64,000 nt of DNA from the NCBI GenBank assembly GCA_965242725.1, contig CBDESZ010000016.1:64001-128000 (forward strand), written 5' to 3'. Numbering within the stretch: position 1 is the stretch's first letter; the number at the start of each line of letters is the position of its first letter. Position numbers and translations under genes: made by a program. The DNA comes from Alkalispirochaeta sp. (GTDB taxonomy: Bacteria; Spirochaetota; Spirochaetia; DSM-27196; Alkalispirochaetaceae). Below are positions 9,501 through 17,940 of the stretch, piece by piece. Below the pieces are notes generated by a model. That model was given only the letters and a program-made list of their open reading frames with translations, made no database searches and was not told the DNA's origin.

Positions 9501-9548
9501 AGCTCCACCCGGTTGCCCGCGGCGTCGATTTCCGCGACAATACCGAGG
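6536..9548 (-). pseudogene. Rhs/YD-repeat polymorphic toxin, N-terminally truncated, with unknown C-terminal tip of about 150 aa
   Basis: Many YD repeats (YTYDELGRL...), Rhs-associated core and the DPWGL autoproteolysis motif. YD repeats start abruptly at about 9545. The ORF-track extension to 9946 is antisense to the antitoxin. Confidence 0.85.
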
Positions 9549-9663
9549 AAAAATTTGAGATCATTCGGCGCATAGGTGAAAAATAGTTCGTCTAAGTCCT
9601 TTCCGGGAATTTTCGTGCTCACCCTATAGAGCGGCGAGGCGTGTGTTCGCGGTACGCGGAGAA

Positions 9664-9692
9664 TTGACCGTACAACTCCCAAGCTGTAATCT
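9664..9692 (+). promoter_or_regulatory. sigma70-like promoter of the TA operon, probably leaderless
   Basis: TTGACC-N17-TAATCT. The ATG at 9699 is 7 nt after the -10 and there is no Shine-Dalgarno sequence. Confidence 0.55.
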
Positions 9693-9698
9693 TCGAGT

Positions 9699-9929
9699 AT
9701 GAACAAGACGGTGGAAAAGATCGTTACAGAAGCATTGTCCCTTTCCCCGCAAGCACGTGCGTTCCTAGCAGAGCGCCTCATAGAAAGCCTTGACACCACC
9801 CCCGGAGAGGATCTATCTCCGTTGTGGCGTGAAGAAGTTCGAAAGCGGTGCCGCGAAATAGACGAAGGTGCTATCGAACTTCGAGATGCGGCCGACGTTT
9901 TCGCCAAAGCGTACGCCGCACTCCCGTGA
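9699..9929 (+). CDS. Addiction-module antitoxin (unstable-antitoxin type)
   Basis: 76 aa: EALSLSPQARAFLAERLIESLD...WREEVRKRCREIDEG. Overlaps the toxin start (GTGA). Confidence 0.85.
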   Translation: MNKTVEKIVTEALSLSPQARAFLAERLIESLDTTPGEDLSPLWREEVRKRCREIDEGAIELRDAADVFAKAYAALP

Positions 9930-10267
9930 AGCCTATACGATTCCATCCTGATGCCGACTCGGAGATGGTCGAGGCGGCCATATGGTACGAGTCACAACAA
10001 GAAGGCCTCGGAAAGCGCTTTTTGACCTCCGTTCAGAATGCTCTCAACCGGATCGAGCTAAATCCCAAGATGTATCCGATTGTCGAGGATGACGTTCACC
10101 GATGTCTTACAAAAATTTTCCCGTTCGGCATTCTTTTCCGCATCAAATCCGATACCATTGCGGTCATAGCTGTAATGCATCTTCACCGCGATCCGGACTA
10201 TTGGAAGGCCCGGAAGTTCGAGCAATCTTCCGTTACAAATGGAGAAGACTTCACCGTAGAGCCATGA
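9926..10267 (+). CDS. Type II TA toxin, RelE/ParE family
   Basis: IRFHPDADSEMVEAAIWYESQQEGLGKRF...FPFGILFR...VIAVMHLHRDPDYW. Confidence 0.9.
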   Translation: MKPIRFHPDADSEMVEAAIWYESQQEGLGKRFLTSVQNALNRIELNPKMYPIVEDDVHRCLTKIFPFGILFRIKSDTIAVIAVMHLHRDPDYWKARKFEQSSVTNGEDFTVEP

Positions 10268-10306
10268 CGCCTTCGGGAGATTGCGATCGGAAACTCAGGG
10301 GAAACC

Positions 10307-11242
10307 TCACAAATCGCACCCATCGCATCCGATACTGCCCGATTCAAGCTCGATCGTCGCGTGGTCCACACCCAAGTTCTTCAGGGCGTCCCGGATTGAA
10401 TCCTTCAGCGGCTCGAGACTGTCAAGTGTCGCGGTGCCGTCGCTTACCACATGGAGCGTGACCAGGGTATAGCTCCCGTCCAGCGTCCAGAGGTGGACGT
10501 CGTGGACCTCCTCCACGCCGGGGATCGTTTCCACGGCGTCGTGGACGGTTTCGACCGAAATCTCCCGGGGAACGTACTGGAGGAGAACGCGCAGCGCCCG
10601 CATGAGGATCGGCACCGCCCGGGTCAGGACAAAGAGGTTGATGGCGACCGAGAGCAACGGGTCGATGATGAAAATCCCCCAGAACCTGATCGCCAGGGCG
10701 CCTACCAATACCGCAATCCATCCGAGGACGTCTTCAAAGAGGTGGAGAAATGCCGCCCTGGCGTTCATTGATTCCGTCCGAGAGAGACGGAACGCCGCCA
10801 GTGCGTTCATCACGACCCCGAAGATCGCCAGCACCAGCATTCCCGTGGTGTCAACCGCCTCGGGATTGAGGAGTCGCGGCACTGTGTGAATCAGGACGGT
10901 GACGGCACCTACGATGAGGATCAGTCCGGTGATCAACGCGCCGAGGGTGGAGAAGCGGCGATACCCGAATGTCAGGTTTTCCGACCGTTTGCGGCCGGAG
11001 ACCTTCTCGAGGACGAGGGCCACCGCGAGGGTCACCGAGTCGCCCAGGTCGTGCACGGCGTCGGCGATGATGGCGACGCTGTTGGTGAGCAGCCCTCCCA
11101 CCAGCTCGATAACGGTGAAGAGGACGTTTATGGCCAGGGCGATCCGCAGGTCTCCGACGACGGCGTGGTTGTGCGCCTCCCCGGGCCCGTGTTCATGGTG
11201 GTCGTGGTGGCTGTGGTCGTGTTCTTCGTGGTGGTTACTCAT
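10307..11242 (-). CDS. Cation diffusion facilitator (Zn/Co/Cd efflux, CzcD-like)
   Basis: His-rich N-terminus, ADAVHDLGD, TFGYRR, HLFED, VHDVHLWTL, HATIELE. Confidence 0.92.
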   Translation of the reverse strand: MSNHHEEHDHSHHDHHEHGPGEAHNHAVVGDLRIALAINVLFTVIELVGGLLTNSVAIIADAVHDLGDSVTLAVALVLEKVSGRKRSENLTFGYRRFSTLGALITGLILIVGAVTVLIHTVPRLLNPEAVDTTGMLVLAIFGVVMNALAAFRLSRTESMNARAAFLHLFEDVLGWIAVLVGALAIRFWGIFIIDPLLSVAINLFVLTRAVPILMRALRVLLQYVPREISVETVHDAVETIPGVEEVHDVHLWTLDGSYTLVTLHVVSDGTATLDSLEPLKDSIRDALKNLGVDHATIELESGSIGCDGCDL

Positions 11243-12113
11243 ATCTGTGCAAATCCCGTTCCATTTCGTACTGGGAGACAAAGCGCTCAAAGCCGAGCTC
11301 CTTCAGCGCCGTCTCCATCTCCGTGCACGACGCCGGCAGGTTGATGACTTTCAGTTCATCTCCGGCAACGATCTCTTCCGCGTGGGTGACCACCGCCCGG
11401 AGCGCGTCGATGTCGGTACCGGCGATCTGCATGAGGCTTCCCGTGTCCACGGCGACAGCGGCCCACGCCCGAGTACACCCTTCACCGGGCACTTTCACGA
11501 GGCGACACGCTGCGCCGAGTGCCTCAATCGCCTCGGCGCTGTTCTGCCACGAGGGCCGACATCCCGGGACCAGCGAGTAACGTTCCCGCCACCCCCGCTC
11601 AACGGCGATATCGACGGCACCGCCGTCCTTCCAATCGCCGTCTTTCCTATCGTCGCCGTCCATCGTATCGCGGACGACCGTCTTTCGAAAACAGTTGAGC
11701 TCCCTGGTCACCTCAAACCCGTGGCGACGGTAGAGCGCCACGGCGCGGTCGTTGCCCTGCAGCACTTCAAGGAGGTACCGCTGGTAGCCGAGGTCCCGCA
11801 GCCGGTCCACCGTCTTCGTCAGCAGCTCGGCACCGTACCCTCTGCCCTGATATCGCTGCCGTATTCCCGTCCCGGCATCATACGCGGTCAATACGCCGTC
11901 CAAACGGCGCGATCCGGTGAGGACAAATCCGGCAAGAACGTCGCCGTCAAAGAGCCCGAAGGAGTGGTCCAGGCGGACGGACCGCTCCCGGATCATCCGG
12001 TCCAGCTTCGCTTCGGTCATGTCCACGGATATCTGGTATTCCGAGAATGCGTCGTTGAATGTGTCGGTAATGACGGCGCGGGTGACGCCGTCGAGGGTTT
12101 TGAATTCGGTCAT
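11235..12113 (-). CDS. GNAT-family N-acetyltransferase
   Basis: Acetyl-CoA motif RYQGRGYG and LEVLQGNDRAVALYRRHGF. Its stop overlaps the CDF start. Confidence 0.88.
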   Translation of the reverse strand: MTEFKTLDGVTRAVITDTFNDAFSEYQISVDMTEAKLDRMIRERSVRLDHSFGLFDGDVLAGFVLTGSRRLDGVLTAYDAGTGIRQRYQGRGYGAELLTKTVDRLRDLGYQRYLLEVLQGNDRAVALYRRHGFEVTRELNCFRKTVVRDTMDGDDRKDGDWKDGGAVDIAVERGWRERYSLVPGCRPSWQNSAEAIEALGAACRLVKVPGEGCTRAWAAVAVDTGSLMQIAGTDIDALRAVVTHAEEIVAGDELKVINLPASCTEMETALKELGFERFVSQYEMERDLHRYE

Positions 12114-12156
12114 TTACTGTGAAAGCTCGCCGGCCGAGCAAGGGGCCGACCGCCCC

Positions 12157-12993
12157 TCAGTACGCGCCGTCCGTCGCCTCGCCGCGGACGAGCTTCACCC
12201 CGGAGCTCGTGCCGAGGCGGGTGGCGCCTGCGCGAATCATCGCCACCGCGTCGTCAAAGGAGCGGACGCCGCCGGCGGCCTTCACCGAGGTGTTCTTGCC
12301 CACGGACTGTCGCATGAGTTGCACGTCCCTGACGGTGGCGCCGTGGTGGGAGAAGCCGGTGGAGGTCTTTACAAAGTCAACGCCCACCTTCTCGGCGATG
12401 CGGCAGGCGAGGATTTTCTCCTCGTCCGTGAGAAGCGCCGTTTCGATGATCACCTTGAGAACGACGTTGCGGCCGCACGCCCGCCGTACCCAGCGGATGT
12501 CGGATTCCACCGTTTCCAGGTCGCGGGAACGGAGCGCCCCCACGTTGATGACCATGTCGATTTCACGGGCGCCGTCCTCCACCGCGTGGCGGGCCTCAAA
12601 GTTCTTTGCCCGTCCCGCCATCGCACCGAGGGGGAAGCCGACGACGGCGCAGACCTTCACGTCGGAACCCTGAAGGCGCTTTGCGCAGTGGCGCACCCAT
12701 GAGCTGTTGACGCAGACCGAGTAGAATCCGTACTCCTTCGCCTCGTCGCAGAGCGTGTTGAACTGCTCCACCGTCGCTTCCGGCTTGAGCAGGGTATGGT
12801 CGATGTATTTTGCCAGGTCTTTCGGGAGGATCACCGGCTCGTCGGCGGTCCCTGACGCGCCCGCTCCCGCCGCGTCTTTGCCCGACCCGGCGGCGCCCGC
12901 GGCTCCCGCGGCTCCCGCGCCCGATGCCGTCTCTTTGTTGAGCCGGGCGAGTACCTCTTCCGTTATTTGCTGTATCAGTTTGTCTTCGTTCAT
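12157..12993 (-). CDS. deoC: Deoxyribose-phosphate aldolase with N-terminal encapsulation peptide
   Basis: IDHTLLKP, VVGFPLGA, EIDMVIN, LKVIIET, FVKTSTGF, VKAAGGVR, RLGTSSG. True start is ATG 12993 (GAGG), giving MNEDKLIQQITEEVLARL plus a Gly/Ala linker. Confidence 0.95.
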   Translation of the reverse strand: MNEDKLIQQITEEVLARLNKETASGAGAAGAAGAAGSGKDAAGAGASGTADEPVILPKDLAKYIDHTLLKPEATVEQFNTLCDEAKEYGFYSVCVNSSWVRHCAKRLQGSDVKVCAVVGFPLGAMAGRAKNFEARHAVEDGAREIDMVINVGALRSRDLETVESDIRWVRRACGRNVVLKVIIETALLTDEEKILACRIAEKVGVDFVKTSTGFSHHGATVRDVQLMRQSVGKNTSVKAAGGVRSFDDAVAMIRAGATRLGTSSGVKLVRGEATDGAY

Positions 12994-13025
12994 TTTCGTT
13001 ACCTCATTCCGCAGACCAACCGCGG

Positions 13026-13535
13026 TCAGCGGCGGCGCTCCACGGCCATCATCTTGTTTATTCGTCGCCAGTGTCTTCCCCCTGCAAATCGCGTCTTCAG
13101 CCACGTTTCGGCCATGGCACACAACTCGTCGACGCTGTGAAGCGGTCCGCCCAGAGTAAGGACGTTTGCGTTGTTGTGTTCCCGGGAGTTTACGACCGTC
13201 TTCATATCATAACAGAGGGCGGCGCGAATACCTCGCACCTTGTTGCAGACCATTGAAGATCCGATTCCCGCGCCGTCGATCATGATGCCCCGGTCACACT
13301 GCTCACGGGCGACGGCCTGGGCGACCTTGAGAGCAAAGTCAGGGTAATCCACGCTCTCGGTGGAATAGGTTCCCACGTCAAGGATTTCATATCCAGCCAG
13401 TTCCAGCACACCCTTCAGCGCCTCCTTGGCGGCAAAGCCGCCGTGGTCCGCGCCGAGGGCCACGCGCTTTACGTTGTCCCGCTGATTGGTCTCTTTCATC
13501 GAATCTTCATCGTAGACCGGACCGGTGGTCTTCAT
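13026..13535 (-). CDS. rpiB: Ribose-5-phosphate isomerase B (RpiB/LacAB family)
   Basis: GADHGGF, SVDYPD, DGAGIG, GIRAA, REHNNANVL, FAGGRHWRR. Confidence 0.93.
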   Translation of the reverse strand: MKTTGPVYDEDSMKETNQRDNVKRVALGADHGGFAAKEALKGVLELAGYEILDVGTYSTESVDYPDFALKVAQAVAREQCDRGIMIDGAGIGSSMVCNKVRGIRAALCYDMKTVVNSREHNNANVLTLGGPLHSVDELCAMAETWLKTRFAGGRHWRRINKMMAVERRR

Positions 13536-13819
13536 CGCGTTTCTCCCGTATTTGAAAGTTCCACTGCATCCACGATTCCCACGACGACGGTCCGCACCGG
13601 CGCCGATGTGTCCTGCAGCATGAGGCGGGCGGCGTTGCCTTCGTCACAGACGAGGACGATGTCTCCCTGTCCCGCCTGGGCGAGGTCGATCGCCACGACG
13701 CACGATCCGGCGCGGGTGAGTTCCCCCGTCACCGGCTCCACAATGAGAAGCTTGTGGCCCCGGAGGATTTCATGTTTTCGCGTCGAGGTGACGTCTCCCA
13801 CAACTCGTCCGAGGATCAT
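13532..13819 (-). CDS. BMC-P pentameric vertex protein (EutN/CcmL family)
   Basis: MILGRVVGDVTSTRKH...KLLIVEP...VAID...AGQGDIVL...VVGIVD. Confidence 0.92.
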   Translation of the reverse strand: MILGRVVGDVTSTRKHEILRGHKLLIVEPVTGELTRAGSCVVAIDLAQAGQGDIVLVCDEGNAARLMLQDTSAPVRTVVVGIVDAVELSNTGETR

Positions 13820-14103
13820 CGTTTACCCTCCGAACCGTCGGCGACGTGGAGGTCGTCCACGATCGCCAATATCGATGCGTCCGAGGGATTGAAGGTGTGG
13901 CGCAATGCCATTGCCGCTTCCCGTCCGCCTTCGTAGAGGACGGTGTCTCCCGGACCGGCCTGAACGGTGTCGCACGCGACGAGGGGCGTCCCTTTCGGCG
14001 CACCATGTTCGTCCAGAGGCTGCACGAGGAGTAAGGTCACTCCCGAGAGCGATTCAACCCGGCGGTCGCACACAACCGATCCGATGACTCTGCCGATTTT
14101 CAT
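13816..14103 (-). CDS. BMC-P pentameric vertex protein (EutN/CcmL family)
   Basis: MKIGRVIGSVV...LLLVQPL...VACDTVQAGPGDTVL...DASILAIVD. Start at ATG 14103. Confidence 0.92.
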   Translation of the reverse strand: MKIGRVIGSVVCDRRVESLSGVTLLLVQPLDEHGAPKGTPLVACDTVQAGPGDTVLYEGGREAAMALRHTFNPSDASILAIVDDLHVADGSEGKR

Positions 14104-14143
14104 GATTTGCCGCCTCGCATGCTCGTCAATCCCATGACACCCA

Positions 14144-15562
14144 TCACACAATCCGGAAGTATCCGACAAGGGTACACCGCCGCTCACGGGTAAAGGTCCG
14201 CGGCCGGGTAAAACCCTCTCCGGTGGGGCTGGCGATCGTATAGGAGGTGTACCCCGCGCCGCCCTCGGCCATGCCGTTAAAGTTCGATCCGTTCTTCACA
14301 AAGAGGGAACAGTTCATCACCTTCGCCATGCGCGAGAGGTTGTCGATGTTCTTTGAGTGAATGCTCGCGGTGTGACGAAATCCGTGCTCGCACTGCACGG
14401 CGTAATCGATCGCCTCGTCGGCGTTGCGGAATCGCGCGATGGGGAGCACCGGCATGAGCTGTTCCGTCCAGATAAGGGGATGTCCCCTGTCCACCTCCGC
14501 AAGGAGGAGGCGCGTCTCCGGCGGTACGGTGAGGGACAGGACCTTGTCCGCAATGTAGGCGGCGTCCTTTCCGACATACGCCTTGTTTGCCATGCCCTCG
14601 TGGCCTTTCCGCCCGGGGTCGGCGATGATGACCTTCGTAAGACGTTCGATCTGGTCGGCGTTGAGCTCGTACGCGCCGTGGCGGACCATCTCCCGCTTCA
14701 GTTCGTCGGCGATGGAATCCACCGCGAGCACCTCTTTTTCATCGATACAGATGATGTTGTTGTCCAGGGAGGCGCCGGCGACGATGTCCCGCGCCGCCTT
14801 TTGAATGTCCGCCGTCTCGTCCACCACCGCCGGCGGGTTGCCCGGTCCCGCGGCGATCACCTTCTTGTGGGTACTCATGGCGGCGCGGACGACGCCGGGA
14901 CCGCCGGTCACCACGAGCATGGCGATTGTCGGATGCTCCATCATCTGTCCCGCCGAGGCGATCGTCGGCTCCTCGATCATGGTGAGGACGTTGGCCGGTC
15001 CTCCGGCGCGCTGGATCGCGTCGTTCAGCAGCGAAACCGTCAGGGCGGAGACCTTCTTTGCCGCGGGATGGGGGTTGAAGACGACGGTATTTCCCGCCGC
15101 CACCATGCCGATGGCGTTGCAAATGATCGTCTCCGTGGGGTTGGTACTCGGTGAAATGGCGCCGATCACGCCGTAGGGCGCCCGCTCGGTCATGGTCAGG
15201 CCGTTGTCGTCGGTGTACGCCTCGGGACGCAAATCCTCAACGCCCGGCGTCATCGTCGCGGCGAGGCGGTTCTTTACCACCTTGTCCTCGACGCGGCCCA
15301 TTCCCGTCTCCTCAACGGCGAGACGGGACAACCGTTCCAGATTCTGCTTTATCGCGGCGCGCATCTCTCCGATCATCCGGTCCCGGACGCTCAGGGGCGT
15401 TTCTGCGAGGGCCCGGAACGCCTCGTCCGCGGAGTAGACTGCGGCGTATATGTCGTCGAAAATCCCGCTGAAGGGCGCACCGCTGTGCTCGGCGGCGCCT
15501 TCCCGCGGGAGTCCCCGCAACACCTCTTTCACGATATTCATGATCTGCTCTTTATCAGACAT
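14144..15562 (-). CDS. CoA-acylating aldehyde dehydrogenase (EutE/PduP family) with N-terminal encapsulation peptide
   Basis: PYGVIGAISPSTNP, VTGGPGVV, GPGNPP, catalytic DNNIICIDEKE, TIASPTGEG. N-terminus MSDKEQIMNIVKEVLRGL. Confidence 0.93.
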   Translation of the reverse strand: MSDKEQIMNIVKEVLRGLPREGAAEHSGAPFSGIFDDIYAAVYSADEAFRALAETPLSVRDRMIGEMRAAIKQNLERLSRLAVEETGMGRVEDKVVKNRLAATMTPGVEDLRPEAYTDDNGLTMTERAPYGVIGAISPSTNPTETIICNAIGMVAAGNTVVFNPHPAAKKVSALTVSLLNDAIQRAGGPANVLTMIEEPTIASAGQMMEHPTIAMLVVTGGPGVVRAAMSTHKKVIAAGPGNPPAVVDETADIQKAARDIVAGASLDNNIICIDEKEVLAVDSIADELKREMVRHGAYELNADQIERLTKVIIADPGRKGHEGMANKAYVGKDAAYIADKVLSLTVPPETRLLLAEVDRGHPLIWTEQLMPVLPIARFRNADEAIDYAVQCEHGFRHTASIHSKNIDNLSRMAKVMNCSLFVKNGSNFNGMAEGGAGYTSYTIASPTGEGFTRPRTFTRERRCTLVGYFRIV

Positions 15563-15565
15563 ACA

Positions 15566-16147
15566 TCACTTCCCTGTTTCCGCCACGTAGCGATAAAGCT
15601 CTTCCGAAAGGCGGGGAACGATCGTCCAGTGCAGAAGCAGTCCCCGGTCTTCCAGAACGGTACGCGCCCGATCGACGGCGTATTGAACTTCACCCACCGC
15701 CCCGACAAGGCGAACCGAGGCACGGCCGCCCATGGAGTCGTCGATTCTCACCGTCACGACCTGGACATCGGCGCTTTTTGCCGTCAGATCGGCGCAGGAA
15801 ATGCCCGCCGCCACCGTGGAGGTTTCGAGAATCCCCAGCGCTTCCCAGTCATCCCGCATAGCGTCACCCGGCCGCGCGCCACCTTCCAGCGCGACCATGA
15901 CGCGGGGATGGAGATTCGGCAGGTAGAGGTGATCCACCAGGAATCCCTCGCTCACCAGAACCGACGCCTTCAGCGCCGCCTCGACGGACGCCTCGTCCCC
16001 GGTAATGAGGATCACCAGCTTACCCGGATTGATCGTACGTACGTCGACGACGCGGACCGGCGCGGCCTTGACCATCGCGTCCAGCGCCTTCAGGCCGGCA
16101 GCAGTGTTGCCATATTCGTGCAGGCCCAGAACTTCCACCGTCTTCAC
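15566..16147 (-). CDS. BMC-T tandem-domain shell protein (PduT-like)
   Basis: Two BMC domains: LGLHE...ALDAMVKAAPV...PGKLVILITGD and ALGILET...ADLTAKSADV. Confidence 0.88.
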   Translation of the reverse strand: MKTVEVLGLHEYGNTAAGLKALDAMVKAAPVRVVDVRTINPGKLVILITGDEASVEAALKASVLVSEGFLVDHLYLPNLHPRVMVALEGGARPGDAMRDDWEALGILETSTVAAGISCADLTAKSADVQVVTVRIDDSMGGRASVRLVGAVGEVQYAVDRARTVLEDRGLLLHWTIVPRLSEELYRYVAETGK

Positions 16148-16494
16148 CGGTCACTCCCCGCGGCGGATTTTCGGTACCCCATCGTGCCGGTGGCGCCCGC
16201 TTCCGCCTGAGCAACTTCATCCACCTCATCGACGATACCGACGATGAGGGCGTCCACGGCGGCGCCGTTGGTCTGGGGAATCTGGCGACACGACGAGCCC
16301 TGCGCCACGATCACCACCTCACCGCGGTCCGCGCCGAGGGGGTCGAGGGCGACGATGGAATCGGACGCCTTGTCCCGGGACGTCTTGTCGCCGGAGGCGC
16401 TCCAGGGACGGACGAGAAGATACCGCGGCATGGCCTCTACCCTGCCGGCGTCCTGAGAGGCGACGACGGTGCCGCAGACGGTGCAAATCGTCAT
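16144..16494 (-). CDS. BMC-P pentameric vertex protein, divergent
   Basis: VCGTVVAS...LLVRP...VALDPLGADRGEVVIVAQGSSCR...VDALIVGIVD. Confidence 0.85.
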   Translation of the reverse strand: MTICTVCGTVVASQDAGRVEAMPRYLLVRPWSASGDKTSRDKASDSIVALDPLGADRGEVVIVAQGSSCRQIPQTNGAAVDALIVGIVDEVDEVAQAEAGATGTMGYRKSAAGSDR

Positions 16495-16496
16495 CG

Positions 16497-16799
16497 CTAC
16501 GCCTGTTCCTTGTTGTAAACGGTCTTGCCGTCGAGATCGACAAGATCCACGATGGCGGTGATCGTCGCGTCGCTCGGTTTGCCGTCAGTAACCTTGGTCA
16601 TGCGGGAGCTTGAGCCCGCCACGTACATGACGATCTCCCCCACTCCCGCACCGACGGCGTCCATGGCGACGACGGTGTCGCCGCCGCGGATCTTCTTCCC
16701 GGAAAAGGAAATCTTCTCCACCAGCAGGAGCTTGATTCCCTCCATGCGCGCTTCCTTGCGGCTGGAAACGACCGTGCCGACCACCCTTCCGAGAACCAT
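16497..16799 (-). CDS. BMC-P pentameric vertex protein (EutN/CcmL family)
   Basis: [16 protein letters not shown]...KLLLVE...[12 protein letters not shown]...GSSSR...DATITAIVD. Confidence 0.93.
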   Translation of the reverse strand: MVLGRVVGTVVSSRKEARMEGIKLLLVEKISFSGKKIRGGDTVVAMDAVGAGVGEIVMYVAGSSSRMTKVTDGKPSDATITAIVDLVDLDGKTVYNKEQA

Positions 16800-16803
16800 G
16801 GCG

Positions 16804-17442
16804 CTACTCCTTCGCGCCGGACATCTCCCGACCCTGGAGGTCGGCGAGACGGGACTCGACGATATCCTTGCTCACCAGCACTTCCGCCTCGTCACCGGCG
16901 ATATAGACGCGGCCGAAACTTCCGAATCCGGTAACGTTGATAATATTGATTCGGGACGCCTTTTCCGCCTCGTTGGCGGCGTAGTAGGCGTACCCCGCCG
17001 GCTGGATTTCAAGGACGTAGAGGGTATCGCCGCGGAGGACCATGTTGCCGTATCGAACCTTGTTGATCATTTGCGCGTGGTGGTCGGAGACGTTCTTAAT
17101 GAGCTGACTCGTCTTGATCGTCGGTTTCATCCGGTCCGCTTCGGTGAGCTCAAGGGCGTCCAGGACGGCGGCGCCGGCCTGACGCGCCTCCGCCTGCTGG
17201 TCCGAGTGGACCTCCAGAAGGCCGAAGAGGCGTTCAACAATCTGGATGCCCGGTTTGACGTCCGTCGCCTTGAGGGCGATGTCGGTAAGCCTGTTGATTT
17301 CGATCCCCGGGGAGATTTCGATTATGGAACACGCCTGCCCCGCGACGGGAAAGTACCCCTTGGACACCGTCGCCAGATATGACGCCATTTGCAGCTGCAG
17401 GGAATCGAGAAATACGTATGTGCGAAGTTCTATTGCGTTCAT
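16804..17442 (-). CDS. BMC-T(dp) circularly permuted double-stacking shell protein (CcmP/CsoS1D-like)
   Basis: [54 protein letters not shown]. Confidence 0.9.
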   Translation of the reverse strand: MNAIELRTYVFLDSLQLQMASYLATVSKGYFPVAGQACSIIEISPGIEINRLTDIALKATDVKPGIQIVERLFGLLEVHSDQQAEARQAGAAVLDALELTEADRMKPTIKTSQLIKNVSDHHAQMINKVRYGNMVLRGDTLYVLEIQPAGYAYYAANEAEKASRINIINVTGFGSFGRVYIAGDEAEVLVSKDIVESRLADLQGREMSGAKE

Positions 17443-17454
17443 GGAACGCTCCGC

Positions 17455-17748
17455 CTATTCCGCGTTTCCGAGGGGAAGAACCTCGTCGACGTTTGCGTGG
17501 GGACGGGGAATGAGATGGACCGAAATGACTTCTCCCACCTGCTCCGCCGCGCGCGATCCGGCGTCCAGGGCTGCCCGTACGGCGGCGACGTCGCCTCTGA
17601 TCACCGCCGTCACATAGCCACCGCCGGTCTTTTCATAGTGCTTCAGTTCCACCCGCGCCGCCTTGACCATCGCGTCGGACGCCTCAACCATCGCCGCAAA
17701 GCCTCTGCACTCGATCATACCCAGTGCGTTTCCGTTGACCTCTGCCAT
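17455..17748 (-). CDS. BMC-H hexameric shell protein
   Basis: ALGMIECRGFAAMVEASDAMVKAARV...GGGYVTAVIRGDVAAVRAA...VHLIPRPH. ATG 17748 after GAGGAG. Confidence 0.95.
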   Translation of the reverse strand: MAEVNGNALGMIECRGFAAMVEASDAMVKAARVELKHYEKTGGGYVTAVIRGDVAAVRAALDAGSRAAEQVGEVISVHLIPRPHANVDEVLPLGNAE

Positions 17749-17827
17749 CTCATCCTCCTCATGACTGCCCCGCCGGTCTCCGTCGACGACGAACACGCCC
17801 GGCGATTGGTATATTTGTATCAAAAGT

Positions 17828-17862
17828 TGTTTCGATTATAACACCGCAATCCGTCCTGTCAA
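17828..17862 (-). promoter_or_regulatory. Consensus sigma70 promoter of the BMC operon with overlapping DeoR-type operator
   Basis: Minus strand reads TTGACA(17862-17857)-N16-TATAAT(17840-17835) with an extended TGn. The palindrome TGTTATAATCGAAACA (17843-17828) spans the -10. Confidence 0.85.
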
Positions 17863-17940
17863 TAACAGTGTGCGCCTGATTGGGACGGGGGTCAATGAAA
17901 AAGCGGGATACGCCGGCGGCGGCGGCCTGTCGGGCGCCAG

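Noticed and set aside
9549..9946. N-terminal 130 aa of the 1136-aa Rhs ORF
   Set aside because: Antisense to a well-formed antitoxin gene and its promoter, with no Rhs-like content. Probably a chance open frame.
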